DNA of 63,980 bases, filler included, from Craspedostauros australis (taxonomy: Eukaryota): NCBI GenBank assembly GCA_030167865.1. It is 9 parts of 9 records of this genome, joined end to end, with 100 filler letters (N's around TTAATTAATTAA, not from the genome) between each part and the next. Parts side by side here need not be neighbours in the genome. Positions count along the whole stretch, not along the records: positions 21,706 to 25,166 come from JALAGF010005465.1; positions 25,267 to 40,588 come from JALAGF010005466.1; 7 more parts are not named here. One strand, 5' to 3'. Below are positions 21,706 through 33,922 of this stretch, piece after piece. Each line of letters begins with the position of its first letter. Position 1 is the stretch's first letter. Made by a program: the position numbers and the translations under genes. The notes below the pieces were generated by a model. It searched no databases. It saw only the letters and a program-made list of their open reading frames with translations, and was not told the origin of the DNA.

Positions 21706-24700
21706 TTCGAACAAGCAAGGTTCGGACACGAAATGGCCATGGTGATCGAAGATCACGAGTCGAGTGAGAGCAACCGCGAGCTGGTTGCATCAGACCAACA
21801 TGAAGCTAACACATGGTTGGGAGATACCGGCGCATCCTGCCACTTGACTAATAATGACGAGGGCATGACCAATGTGCGCCTCTCTAATTTCTCTGTGAAG
21901 GTGGGAAGCGGAAAATTCCTCCGTGCCACCAAGGTCGGTGATCTACGCATGCGAGTGATGCAGAAGGACGGCAAGAGCGCCATCATCATCCTGAAGGGAG
22001 TGCGTTACGTGCCTAAGCTCTGGGTTAACCTATTGAGCATCGGCAAGGCGCTCCATAATGGATTCAACATCAGCAACAAAGGCGTGATCATCGCGCTGGA
22101 TAAGAATGGGCAGCGTATCCGATTCGATCGGATCATGGCAACTCACAGCGGATTCGTGCTCGGTGTGAACATGGTGCCTGCCCCTAAGAGTGAAGAGATG
22201 GCGAATGTCGGGCTTGATACAAAGAAGCCCATGGATGTGAATAAGATCCATAAAATGCTAGGCCACGTTGACTCTTACACGATCTCCAGGACGGCGAGAC
22301 AATATGGATGGAATATCACTGGGACTCTCAATCCATGCGAAGACTGCGCGATCGGAAAGGCGAAGCAAAAACGCCTAACCAAAACTCTCCAACTACGAGC
22401 GAAGAAGGTCGGAGAACGACTCTTCATGGATACTTCAAGTGTCCAAGCAACGAGCTTCGGGCACGGAAAGTACTGGTTGCTGGTCATCGACGACTACAGT
22501 GACTACTGCTGGAGCTACTTCGTCAAAGAGAAGAGCGAAGTCGGTCCCAGACTGCTATCATTGTTGAAGTGGCTATCAGGCAATCAACAAGTGACAGTGA
22601 AGAATGTCAGATGTGACAATGCCGGAGAGAACTACAGCGCAGAGGCCCTACTATTAAGTGCAGGCTTCGCCCCAACATTCGAATACACCGCCGCATCAAC
22701 TCCTCAACAGAACGGAAGAGTGGAACGGAAATTCGCGGTTCTCTATGGTAAGGTCAGGTCAATGCTGAACCAGGCGCACCTACCGAGACAACTGCGTGGC
22801 AAACTATGGGCAGAGGCGGCAAGGAACGCAACGCAGATCGAGAACATCATCGAGACTAAGTCGAGAGATCCTGCGTGCCTGCTACTCAATGGACAGACCC
22901 CAACCTACGCGAAAGGATTGCGTATCTTCGGGGAGATCGGAATGGTCTACATCGGCAGTCGCGCAATCAAAGCGAAACTGGATGACAGGTCCAAGCCAGC
23001 CATGTTCGTCGGGTACGGACTGTCTCATGCGAATGGTGTATACCGCATGATGAACCTGGCAACCACGAGAATCCTAATCACCAGAGACGTGACATGGATG
23101 AACCAGTCGTATGGGCAATTCAAAGGTGTTGAGAATGCCAACAGAACACAAATGGTGGATCTGGAAGACGACGACTTCGATGCCGGAGCAGCACTCCGCA
23201 ATACGAAGGTCACTTGGGAGCATGACACGAGTGTCGCAAGAGAAGCGAAGGCCGTATCAGCTGATCGAAGCAGAGAGCCCGGAACCGACTACGAAAAAAC
23301 CGCAGGCCATGCATCGAAGCAAGATGAACTGCTACCTGCCCAAGGGAACGAACCATCGGACGATGAAGACGACGATGAATCCGGAAGGGACGACACACAA
23401 GTGACTCGAAGACAAGCCGCCGAAGGCAGAGAGATCGAGCAACCCCCAGCGAGACCTGTGGCAAAGATGTCAAGGATGCTACGAGGTTTGGTCCCATACA
23501 ACAATCCGCCAGGATATGAATCCGACTCAGAATCAAGCAGTGGAGGCGATGAATCAGCTGAGGCAGCTGAAGCGATCCCTGCAACCACGGGCGAACGAGA
23601 CTTCCATTCGAACATATCCATGTTCAATCGAGATGTGGCGAGTCTAATGATCGACACCACGGAAGGAAGAATGAGACTGGATGAATTCATCGCAGCGAGC
23701 CAACGAGTCGAAAGAGGGGATTGGAACGAGACATCCGAGCACGCATACACGGCTATGATGCTGGACCCAACCACCTTCGAGGAATGCTGGGATCATGCAG
23801 ATCCAGCGAAGCGGAGGAAATGGCGGGAGGCNATCAATAAGGAGTTCTACGACATGACGAGACGAGGAGTCTGGCAGAAGATCAAGAAGAACAAGATGCC
23901 GAGGGATCGGCGATGTGTGAAGACGAAATGGGTCTTCAAGGAGAAGAGGAATGAAGTCTTTCGCGCCAGATTGGTTGCCTGTGGATACTCACAGATTGCT
24001 GGAGTGGACTTCTCCGCTCATCATGCACCAGTGATCCANNNNNNNNNNNNNNNNNNNNNNNNNNNNNNNNNNNNNNNNNNNNNNNNNNCGTATCATCTGA
24101 TCGAAGCAGAGAGCCCGGAACCGACTACGAAGGTATCGCAGGCTATGCATCGAAGCAAGATGAACTGCTACCCGCCCAAGGAGACGATCCATCGGACGAT
24201 GAAGACGACGATGAATCCGGAAGGGACGACACACGAGTGACTCGAAGACAAGCCGCTGAAGGCAGAGAGATCGAGCAACCCCCAGCAAGACCTGTGGCAA
24301 AGATGTCAAGGATGCTACGGGGTTTGGTCCCGCACAACAATCCACCAGGATATGAATCCGACTCAGAATCAAGCAGTGGAGAGGATGAACCAGCTGAGAC
24401 AGCTGAGACNANCCATGCAACCACGGGCGAACGAGACTTCCATTCGAACATATCCATGTTCAATCGAGACGTGGCGAGTCTAATGATCGACACCACAGAA
24501 GGGAGAATGAGACTGGATGAATTCATCGCAGCGAACCAACGAGTCGAGAGAGGGGATTGGATCGAGACATCCGAGCACGCATACACGGCTATGATGCTGG
24601 ACCCTACCACCTTCGAGGAATGCTGGGATCATGTAGACCCAGCGAAGCGGAGGAAATGGCGGGAGGCCATCAATAAGGAGTTCTACGACATGACGAGACG

Positions 24701-25166
24701 AGGAGTCTGGCAGAAGATCAAGAAGAACAAGATGCCGAGGGATNNNNNNNNNNNNNNNNNNNNNNNNNNNNNNNNNGAGAAGAGGAATGGAGTCTTTCGC
24801 GCCAGGTTGGTTGCCTGTGGATACTCGCAGATTGCTGGAGTGGATTTTTCCGCTCATCATGCGCCCGTTATCCACGATGCAACGTACCGAGTGATGCTGA
24901 CCATGAAGATGTTGTTGAAGACAGACAGCATCATCATCGACTTCGAAACCGCCTTCCTGCACGGAGACCTCGAGGAAGAGATCTACATGCAATGCCCCAA
25001 GGGAATGGAGCATGAACCGGATGAATGCCTGCTACTGAAGAAGACCATCTACGGGTTGGTCCAGAGCGCAAGGCAATGGAACAAGAAGCTTGTGGACATC
25101 CTGATCAAGCTTGGCTTCCGGCAGAGCAAGGTGGACCCATGCCTGCTAATTCGGAATCGGGAAGGG
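21706..25166 (+). mobile_element. Ty1/copia LTR retrotransposon pol (protease-integrase-RT), partial
   Basis: Protease WLGDTGASCH. GAG-pre-integrase HKMLGH..CEDC. Integrase VIDDYS, RCDNAGE, QQNGRVER. RT RARLVACGYSQ.AGVDF, DFETAFLHGDLEEEIYM, LKKTIYGLVQSARQW, DPCL. The PR-INT-RT order is copia-type. LTRs lie outside the contig. Confidence 0.95.
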
Positions 25167-25266
25167 NNNNNNNNNNNNNNNNNNNNNNNNNNNNNNNNNN
25201 NNNNNNNNNNTTAATTAATTAANNNNNNNNNNNNNNNNNNNNNNNNNNNNNNNNNNNNNNNNNNNN

Positions 25267-26475
25267 GGCATGGTTGACGATGTCCGCTGGTTCTTCGTCA
25301 TCCGATTCATCGTTGGAATCGGCGTGGGTGGACTCGCCATCCCGTACGACACGCTTGCTGAAGTCATCCCAACCTCCCATCGCGGAACGAAAATGACGTA
25401 CATGCAGTTCTTCTGGACAGCGGGGACGATGCTGTCACCTCTCATCGCCAAGTTCACGCTTGGAGTCGGCGACGACAACGCCTGGCGGTGGTTCGCCTTC
25501 TCTTGTGCTATGCCCTGCGTTCTTTGCTTGATCATTTGCCTCGTCTGGGTCCCCGAATCCCCGCGCTGGCTATTGGCCAAGGGGCGGCACGAGGAGGCTG
25601 TCGAAACATTGAGAAAGTTGGCCTACAAGAACGGCAAGGATGGCATGATGATGTTCCCAGCTCATACCGAGCTCGTGGTGAGAGAAGCAGAGGCAGAGGG
25701 CGATGGTTCTTGCTCCAAGCTGCTGTCGCCAAAGTGGGCAATGACCGTGCTGAAATTGTGTTCCGTGTGGTTCGGCTTTTTCTCTCTCTTCTACGGCAGC
25801 TTTCTCCTGATCACATTTCTATTCTCAAGTCAAGGTTTCGATCAGGGTCACTCCGGCTTCAATGGCAGGTACGACGACAACAACAACGATAACGACGGAA
25901 GCGACAAATTGTATGACTTCAACTACGATGCCATCTTCATCAGCACTGCCGCGGAGCTGTTCGGAAGCTTCGCCTGCATCGCCGTCGTCGACAGACTTGG
26001 CAGGATCATGACCCAGTCTTTGACGTCCTTTCTGGGAGGCACATGCTGCCTCATCCTCGGATTCCTGAGCGAATCAGACGGCGTGCCGAAATGGCCATTC
26101 GTCGCTCTCGGCTTTACCGTGAGATTCTTCATGGCAGCCGGGGATGCCGCAACGTGGCTCTATGCTTCCGAGGTATTCACCACTGAGGTGAGAGGAGCGG
26201 GACATGGTGCTGCAAATGCTATGGCGCGACTGGGTGCGTTCCTCGTCCCGTACGTCGTCACCCCGGGAACCTCGGCATCGAACGTCGGTCTCAACTTGTT
26301 CCTGATCGGTACGATCACGGCCACCATCGCGTGGCAGCTGCCGGAGACCAGCGGCATCGCGCTTGGAACTGCGGTGGATCAAGCTGCTGATCTGGACGAG
26401 AATTGTGAGAAGGTTGCCAACGCCACGGCAACCGATGACGACCACAACGACGCCTTGCCAGCTTCAAGTCTATAG
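25267..26475 (+). CDS. MFS transporter (SV2/SVOP-like sugar/organic-ion porter), 5'-truncated by the contig end
   Basis: RFIVGIGVGG, E..P..HRG, WRW, PESPRWL, VDRLGR, YASEVF.TEVR..G.G, LPETSG, with many TM helices. Confidence 0.88.
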   Translation, partial: GMVDDVRWFFVIRFIVGIGVGGLAIPYDTLAEVIPTSHRGTKMTYMQFFWTAGTMLSPLIAKFTLGVGDDNAWRWFAFSCAMPCVLCLIICLVWVPESPRWLLAKGRHEEAVETLRKLAYKNGKDGMMMFPAHTELVVREAEAEGDGSCSKLLSPKWAMTVLKLCSVWFGFFSLFYGSFLLITFLFSSQGFDQGHSGFNGRYDDNNNDNDGSDKLYDFNYDAIFISTAAELFGSFACIAVVDRLGRIMTQSLTSFLGGTCCLILGFLSESDGVPKWPFVALGFTVRFFMAAGDAATWLYASEVFTTEVRGAGHGAANAMARLGAFLVPYVVTPGTSASNVGLNLFLIGTITATIAWQLPETSGIALGTAVDQAADLDENCEKVANATATDDDHNDALPASSL

Positions 26476-27494
26476 AGGCAAGGACATAGAGAGAGGGGGG
26501 AGCTCCAAACTCCACATCACCAGATGAACAAGGAGAGATTGTAATGGGCGTGGCTACGACCAAGGAAAGACCCCACAGTATTGGACTGGATATTACAGGT
26601 TGCAACATGTGTTCATTTTGCATTCCACTTTCTTCAAGTGACAGCGATGGCAGCAAACGAGAAGTTTCAAGCTCGATTCGGCCTGTAGAAACAGTATGCT
26701 GGATGGCCGTACTGGTGGTGCTGTGCTCACAAATTGCCAAACTTCCTCTTGTCGTAACTGTGTTGCCATGAGAGATTAGTTGGAGGTGGAGTCGTACCCG
26801 TGTGGTGCATCCTGCTCTTCCATTAGCTCTTACATCAACATGATGCCTGTGTATTGGCATCGATGATGATACTCTGCAAGTACGATCTACCCTCCTCGTG
26901 TGGACTCCGAAGATAAGGCGACGTGCTTGCGCTGTTGTTGTTGTTGTGACAAATTCAACGATGATCCTTGGTATCTTCGATCAGCAACAAACACCAACGA
27001 AGAAATGAACATGTTGGATCCGTTCGACTAGTTCGACCTAAAGTTGCTGACTCATCGGCATCATCGCCGCACAAAGACGCACCGTCGGCAACAACAAACA
27101 AGATAGAGAGAGATGGATACCAACGAAGAAGATGATGGCCACGGCCATGATGATGATGATGGCTCAGAGAACACGCTGCGATCCAGCCATTGCGAAACTC
27201 GTGCATCCTAATATTATCATACGACGTATGCAGAGCACTCCAACTCTCTTGGCTGACGCAAGCACAAAGTCGGAAGAGCACGAAGCAGCCGAGAGAGAAC
27301 GCAGCATACCATCGTCGTACACACTCACAATTCAGTTGACGACGCTGGAGAGGAGACAGCGGGATCCATCTGAACTCCCAACTTGCAATCTCCAACTTCC
27401 CAGAAGCAGTCGAAAAAAGATGTCTACCCGCACAAGTGCGCGTGCAAGTGCGCATTCGTCAAGGATGCAGAGATCCAGCTTCCTGCGTGCATCA

Positions 27495-28202
27495 ATGCGG
27501 GTGGTGTTGTGCCTCGCCATGTGCGCATCGGCACTTGCCTTTGCGCCATCTCCAACAGCAACAGTTGATTCTTCGAGAGGGATCTCTTCCGAAGCACCCA
27601 GCTTCGCGAACGGCCATGCAAGGCCCACCATTCACGGCGCACGACGCCAACGACCCAGCACCTTGATCCTGCACGAATCGTTGCTGGATCGATTCAAGGC
27701 ACCCAAAATTGATGATCCAGCCTTACCGCTTTCCGAAGCCGGCATTGCCCAGATCGTCGCGCCATCGTTGGAAATCTTCTTCCTCGTGGGCAACGGCTTC
27801 CCGTACCCATCCTGGGCGGCGCCGATCGGGCTGTCCAACTCCGTGTTTCCGCGCCGCGGAGCCTTCCTGGCACCCACCCTCATCCACGGCGCCGGTTTGG
27901 CATGCTGCTGGCTGGCCGGGTGCCTGGCCGCCAAGGGCTTCGAGCGAGAATCTTACGAAGGCGACGTGCAGCAGGTGGTGCTGGCAACCGTCAAGGCGGG
28001 CGCCTTCGCGACGGGTTTGCTCATTCTGGCGACCCAGTTTGATTTGTACAGCGAGTTCGGCGCCTACGTTCAATTCGGAGACTCGCCCGAAACCGATAAG
28101 CGCATCGTGGTGGCCGCGGTGGAGGTCGTGACGGATATCTTCTTCGAGGCGACGACGCTCATCACGTGGCGATTAATCCGGTCGGTTGTGGATAAGATTT
28201 GA
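27495..28202 (+). CDS. Hypothetical plastid-targeted membrane protein
   Basis: MRVVLCLAMCASALA-FAP bipartite plastid presequence, S/T/R-rich transit peptide, then 3-4 hydrophobic segments. The upstream part of the 27132 ORF is probably UTR. Confidence 0.7.
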   Translation: MRVVLCLAMCASALAFAPSPTATVDSSRGISSEAPSFANGHARPTIHGARRQRPSTLILHESLLDRFKAPKIDDPALPLSEAGIAQIVAPSLEIFFLVGNGFPYPSWAAPIGLSNSVFPRRGAFLAPTLIHGAGLACCWLAGCLAAKGFERESYEGDVQQVVLATVKAGAFATGLLILATQFDLYSEFGAYVQFGDSPETDKRIVVAAVEVVTDIFFEATTLITWRLIRSVVDKI

Positions 28203-29871
28203 GCGTGAGGGGGGACCGATCCACTCTGGAATGCTCCTGGAGCAATCGCGGTGAAGATATCAGTCGGTGCATACTTGGCAATACATCTTCAACTATTTTG
28301 AAGTGCAGCACCATGGATCACAAGGCATCCGCATGGCTGGGCATACCGTTTCATGTGCCAGAAGCAATGTAGAGTAGAGTGCTACTCTTCAGATGGGTGC
28401 GCACATGTATGGTAGCACCGCAATCCGGAATTGAAATAAGCAATCGATTTGCTGCTACGTCGCCACAAACACTCGTACCGACGTCCAAATACGCCGTCCT
28501 TCCGACTCGCCCAAGTTCGTTCGATGCAAGAACCAATCATCATTCCTCCAAAATGCGAGCAGCACGTGGCTGGTCACAAGTATGTACGGTGCGCATCGTA
28601 CGATCTACTATTGTGATATGAAGCACGGGACAAATCCAAAATACCATCAGCACGTAGGGTCCAGCAATCATTCGTTCTGCGTATTGGTAGGATGTGTCAT
28701 AGGTCGTACGGTATCTGTTCTCAAGCAAACACAGACAGCAAGGAAATAAGATGTGTGCAGACAGAAGAGACACGCAAGACGAATGAAACATCTCAATGTC
28801 CACACAATAGCATCGAGCTCCAATACTATTTGCAATGGCGATTGTAGAATAGTGGTGCTTGTGCGCATAGTAGAGCACTCTACTCTACTTGTGCGGAGGG
28901 TGGGTGCTGCAGTTCTCCACCCTAATACTCGTACTTGGAATGCTTGGTCACCACTCCAACCATACCGTGCCCTCTGCCATAGTAGGTACTCTAGCCAACA
29001 ATTGGTAGAGTGCTCTGTTCATTCATTCATTCCCCAATCCAGTCCACATGTTCCCAATTCCTCCAGAACGCACTCCGTCCCGCTCCCAAGAGTATCCGAC
29101 GCAGCGCGGCCACAGAGGTTTCCTCGTGTCTTCCAGACAGACATGAAGTGAACGTTGTGGAAGGAACAACGATGTCGCACGTTAGGAAACCGTTTCATGA
29201 ACCAAGGTTCATTGGACGAATGCAAAAATTGAAACGCGCCAGTCGGCATGCCATTGGCACCACAGAAAATTGTCCAACCAACAAGACTTGGGATGTTGCG
29301 AAACAAGCAATTGCTCACATCATGATGGCGGGAGAGCGTTCATGACACAACAGCGTTTCATGAACGGATCCTCTCGGACTGCTGTTCCGTTCTGTTCCGT
29401 TCCGTTGGCATGCTGCACATTCTCACCAACAGCATCACACACACACATTATAGTCCTCGCACCAACACCAACACGGATAGTACGCGATACTATACCATAC
29501 GAGCTGAGCAATCATCGTCATCAAGAGACGAGCATCAACTTGAGGATACTCGTACTCGCGAGGTGTGTATCGAAACAGCAGGAAGCTCGGAAAGGCATCA
29601 GCATCCGTCGCAGCTCCACAAAGAAGGGCGGCAGCACTGCTGGTAGCCAACTTCTTCTGCCCTGACATTAGCCACAAAGAGAGGCCGAGTGTTGACAAGG
29701 CCAACATCGTCACCAGCATCATCAGAGTATCAGCAGCATAATACTGTGGAGTACTTTTCAAACCAACACTTTGATATCAACACTCCTCGCACACCACGAG
29801 TACGACTGGACAGAGCAACGACAGAGAGAACATCGGAGACGGCATACCCATACAACAGGAAACTTGATAAG

Positions 29872-32800
29872 ATGATCCGCTCCCGTGTGCTGATTCCGGC
29901 GATCCTCGGCCTGATCTGCGCCATCCCATCAGCTCGCGGTGAGCTGCTGAACGAACCGCAGATCCAATGGACGCACAGCCTGGAGAACTCTGGTAGTCTG
30001 GGTGGCCGCGGCCTGCGCAAGGGCAATGGCATGACCATGCACGGAGATGGCAACCTCCTGGTTGCCACCGCGGACGACGCAACTCTGCACATCCTCGATA
30101 CCAGGGCCTTGCGCCCCGCGACACCCGATGCCGAGGCGTACCCCGATCCCATCATGTTCGAACCGCCAACCGTGGACCAGGCAGAGCCGGAGAGCCGTTC
30201 CAAGGCCGTCTTCGTGCACGACGAGGGCGGCAAGGTGGACTACCTGATGTACGCCGTGATTGACGTCCCGATCGTCTCGGATATCGTCATCGAAGATGGC
30301 CAGATCACATCGGGCAGCGATCGGCAGGTCACGAGCCGCGTCATCGCCGTGGACCTGGATGGGACGCTGCTTTGGAGCCAGACCGTGGACGGTGTCATCC
30401 ACGGAAGCCCGGTGGCCGGCAACAACGGGAACTTCATCTACGTCGTGCACAACGTCGCGGTCGACGATCCCAACGGCAACGCAGGAGGCACGGAACCAAA
30501 CACCATCACGAGAGGATACGTGTCCGTCATCACGCCTTCCGCAACCGGCGCAACCATCCTGGCGCAGAAGTCGGACGCAAGTCTCACGCAGGCCTTCGGA
30601 CCTCCCTCCATCCGCACAGCACCGGATGATCTGCTGGGCACCATCGACATGGTCTTCTTCAGTCTCACACCGTCCGAGCAAGGTGGTCAGGGCGGCCTCT
30701 ACGCGCTGCTGCCATCCGCGGAATTCGAAGATCTGGGCGGACAAGGCGATCAGTCCTTCGAGCTGAAGCTGCTCAGCGACTGGCCCTTGGGCGCCATCAC
30801 GCCGCCCGTCCTCTCCAAGACCTTCAACAAGGCCTGGGTCACGGGAGAGGGCAGCAACGTGGCAGGGTGGACCGCCAACCGCGATCTTACCAACGCGATC
30901 GAGGGGGACGTCGTGCAGGATCCGCGATGGACCTCTCAGCTGTCCATCTCGGGGATAGATAGTGATCAACGTGAGTTCGGAAACGGAAAGCGTGGATTGT
31001 GCGTGTCAAGTTAGTGCGTCCTTTGTTGGTTTTGTCGCACCGCGTCATCCTTGTTTGCGATCTTGTTCTTGTTTCGCCTTCTCCCACCTCTCCATCCCGT
31101 CACATCGTCACATTCGGCGCCATCGCATCACATTCCACTCATCCAATACCAATGTCAATACCATTCTCAATACCAATACCAATACCACTCGCATTTGGAC
31201 CTTGCAGCTTTGCCAACGGCAGGAGTTCTGTCGCAGGATGAAAGCCTCCTCTACATCGTGGGAGTCAAGAATGACCTCGTGTGCTTGAACGCGAACAACG
31301 GGGACGAAGAATGGTCCAACACCCGAGCCAAGAGCATCCATGCCGCCAAGCCCTACTACTTTGAGAATGACAGCATCGCCGTGGTCTACGTCGTCGAATC
31401 CGTCACCGGGACGGTCAAACAGTTCGACGCGGACTCCGGCCGTCTCAACTGGGCGGTCGGCTGCTCGGAGATCTCTGGCATCACGGCGTGCCAGGATGCG
31501 GTGGAGGCTGACTTTGTCGTGTCGCCTGGTGGAAATGTGCTGTACTACTCCACCATCTTCGGCACGTTGGTTGCCATGGAGGTCGCGACATTCCAAACGC
31601 TGCCACCAACTACTATGCCGAGCCAAGCCCCAAGCACGATGCCATCAGCCTCCCCATCGAAGCATCCATCCGCATCGCCTAGCCAAACTCCCTCGTTGCG
31701 ACCAACCAGTGCGCCAACTGGCGGTCCAACCAGCGCACCGACAGGCGCACCCGTCACAACCGCACCGACCAACATCCGCCAACAGACCGCATCGCCATCT
31801 CTGCAACCAACGCCGCAACCAACGTCGGCTCCGCAGGAAGATACTTCAGGCACTCTGCCACCGTCCTCCACCGAACCGGACACAAACAGACAAACGTCGG
31901 ACTTGGGCAACAGCGGAAGCAGCCTTGGAGACGTTGAAGAAAGCTGGCCCATCTTCGCGGTCGTCATCCTGGCCGCCTTGATCGTCGGCTGCTGCGTCTT
32001 CTTCGCCATTACGAGACGGCGCAGGGACCACAAGGACAAGCAAGATGACACCAACACCGTCATTCTGCAATCAGCTGCCGCATACGTGCCCGAGGCGGAG
32101 GTGGAATGCCAGATCAAAAGCGATAGCTCTGCCATGACAGACCCATCGATGGCCCCAAGCGCCGCAACGCCATCAAGCGCTCGTGCCCTCAGGACGAACA
32201 AGAATGGACAATCCCCCAAGACACCCGCCACCCTCGCCTCCATCAACGAGGAGGCGGATGATGCCTCCAGCACCTTCGGGGATAGCCCATCGCTTGCTGA
32301 AAGGACGTTCGTGGTCGTGGACAATGAACCATCCAACGCCAATCCTGCCGAGTACCCCGAGACAGCCATTCAGAACTTGGACGATCGGTTCGGCCGTGCG
32401 TCGGAAGGTGCGAGCAATGGCAACGCCACACAGCCGGAAGCCGTTCCAGCGAACGTTCTTGCACGATGCATGACGATCAATCCCCCGATGGAGACCTTCA
32501 ACGATGAAGAAGCGCCGCCATCGCCGCCTCGTACGGCGCATCCGGCATCACTGATTCCCATTGGCGCCATTGCCAGGGCTGGGAGCTACGACAGCGAAGA
32601 TACTACTCGCAATGCGTCCAGGGACATCAACGACCAACGAGCAGCGGCGGCACAACCTTACGTGAGCCATGATGCGGACAGCGATTCCGAGGATTCCTCC
32701 ACCATGCCGTACTATGTCGCTAGACGACCAACCAGCCCGAAGGTGATCAAACCCAGAATCAAGAGCCCTGTGAATGCGCAACCACAGCCACAATTGCAAC

Positions 32801-33543
32801 CCGAGGCGCCATCCCAGTCAGAACCAGTGCAGCAGGCGTTGCCGCCTATCCCAGCACCAGCGCCAGCGCAGACACCAACACACCACCAGCCCGAAGCGCA
32901 GCCGGAACCCAGCATTGCGCAAGTGCGTCTGACTCCTGGCAGGGTGATCCAGCAACCGATGGATGCCACTCAGTACACGCATTCGCCCGGCCAGCAATCG
33001 CAGGACCACACGAACGTGCCCAGGGATCCTGAAAGCGCAGCGAGAAGCCGTTTCGGGAAGAGCGCACGACAAAAGCCGAGAACGTCGTTCACGAAGCCAA
33101 CTAGCAAACCGAACGATTGGTTCTCTCAGACGGCTGCGTACGGTTCGGACTCGGAGTCGTCAACCTCGGCAAAGCCGACCTTCAAACGCACATCACGCAG
33201 AAAGATGCAGCAACAGGAACAGGAGGAGGAGCAACAACAGGTGCAGCAGCAGCAGCAGCAAGAGCGCGAGCCCTTGGACGGAGGCATCCAAAGCGACCCA
33301 TGGAATAGCTTCTTGAAGGAGCTCGAAGCAGCCGAAGAACAGTTTTTCAACCCCGTCGGAACCACGGAGACCGCAGCCTCGCCAACGCCAACGCCTGCAG
33401 CAAGCGCACGTCCGAGCGTGCCCAATATGAAAACGACGACCAGCCCTGCACCATCAGCATACATCAGCGACAGCGACACAGATAGCGATGGGCCTCCACC
33501 TCCGCCACCACCTTCCGACACCCTCCCTCCGGATGAACTGTAA
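29872..33543 (+). CDS. Type I membrane protein: signal peptide, PQQ-like beta-propeller, P/S/T mucin-like stalk, TM helix, long disordered tail; 2 exons (29872-30970, 31208-33543)
   Basis: SP MIRSRVLIPAILGLICAIPSARG. PQQ-type blades (VIAVDLDGTLLW, LVCLNANNGDEEW, QFDADSGRLNW). PSxxPS/PT repeats. TM IFAVVILAALIVGCCVFFAI followed by RRRR. A phase-1 GTGAGT..GCAG intron (30971-31207) joins the two ORFs in frame. Confidence 0.8.
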
Positions 33544-33922
33544 TTGTGAAGTCTCATAATTTACAATATGTTATAGTTGACGTTCCAACCATTACTCTAC
33601 ATGACCAACGCATGAACTGGTTCCATTCTATTATTAGATTATTCAGACTGGCATCATCAAGTAAGGTGAAGTTGAGTAGAGCAGAGAACATCCCATACGC
33701 GCATGAGAAGAGCATTGGTTCTCGTCCCAAATTAACACACCAGGACTATCGACTCTTTACGAAAACGAGTGTGCCTACTTCCCTTTACTCGTATCTACGA
33801 GTACATCGTGGAAGCTCGCACATACGCTCCAGGGGAGGACATGCGGACTTCACTTCGCGATGGCTGTCTTCAAAGTGGCCCCACATGAAGACCACAGTCG
33901 TGATGTACTCCGCAGCTATCCC

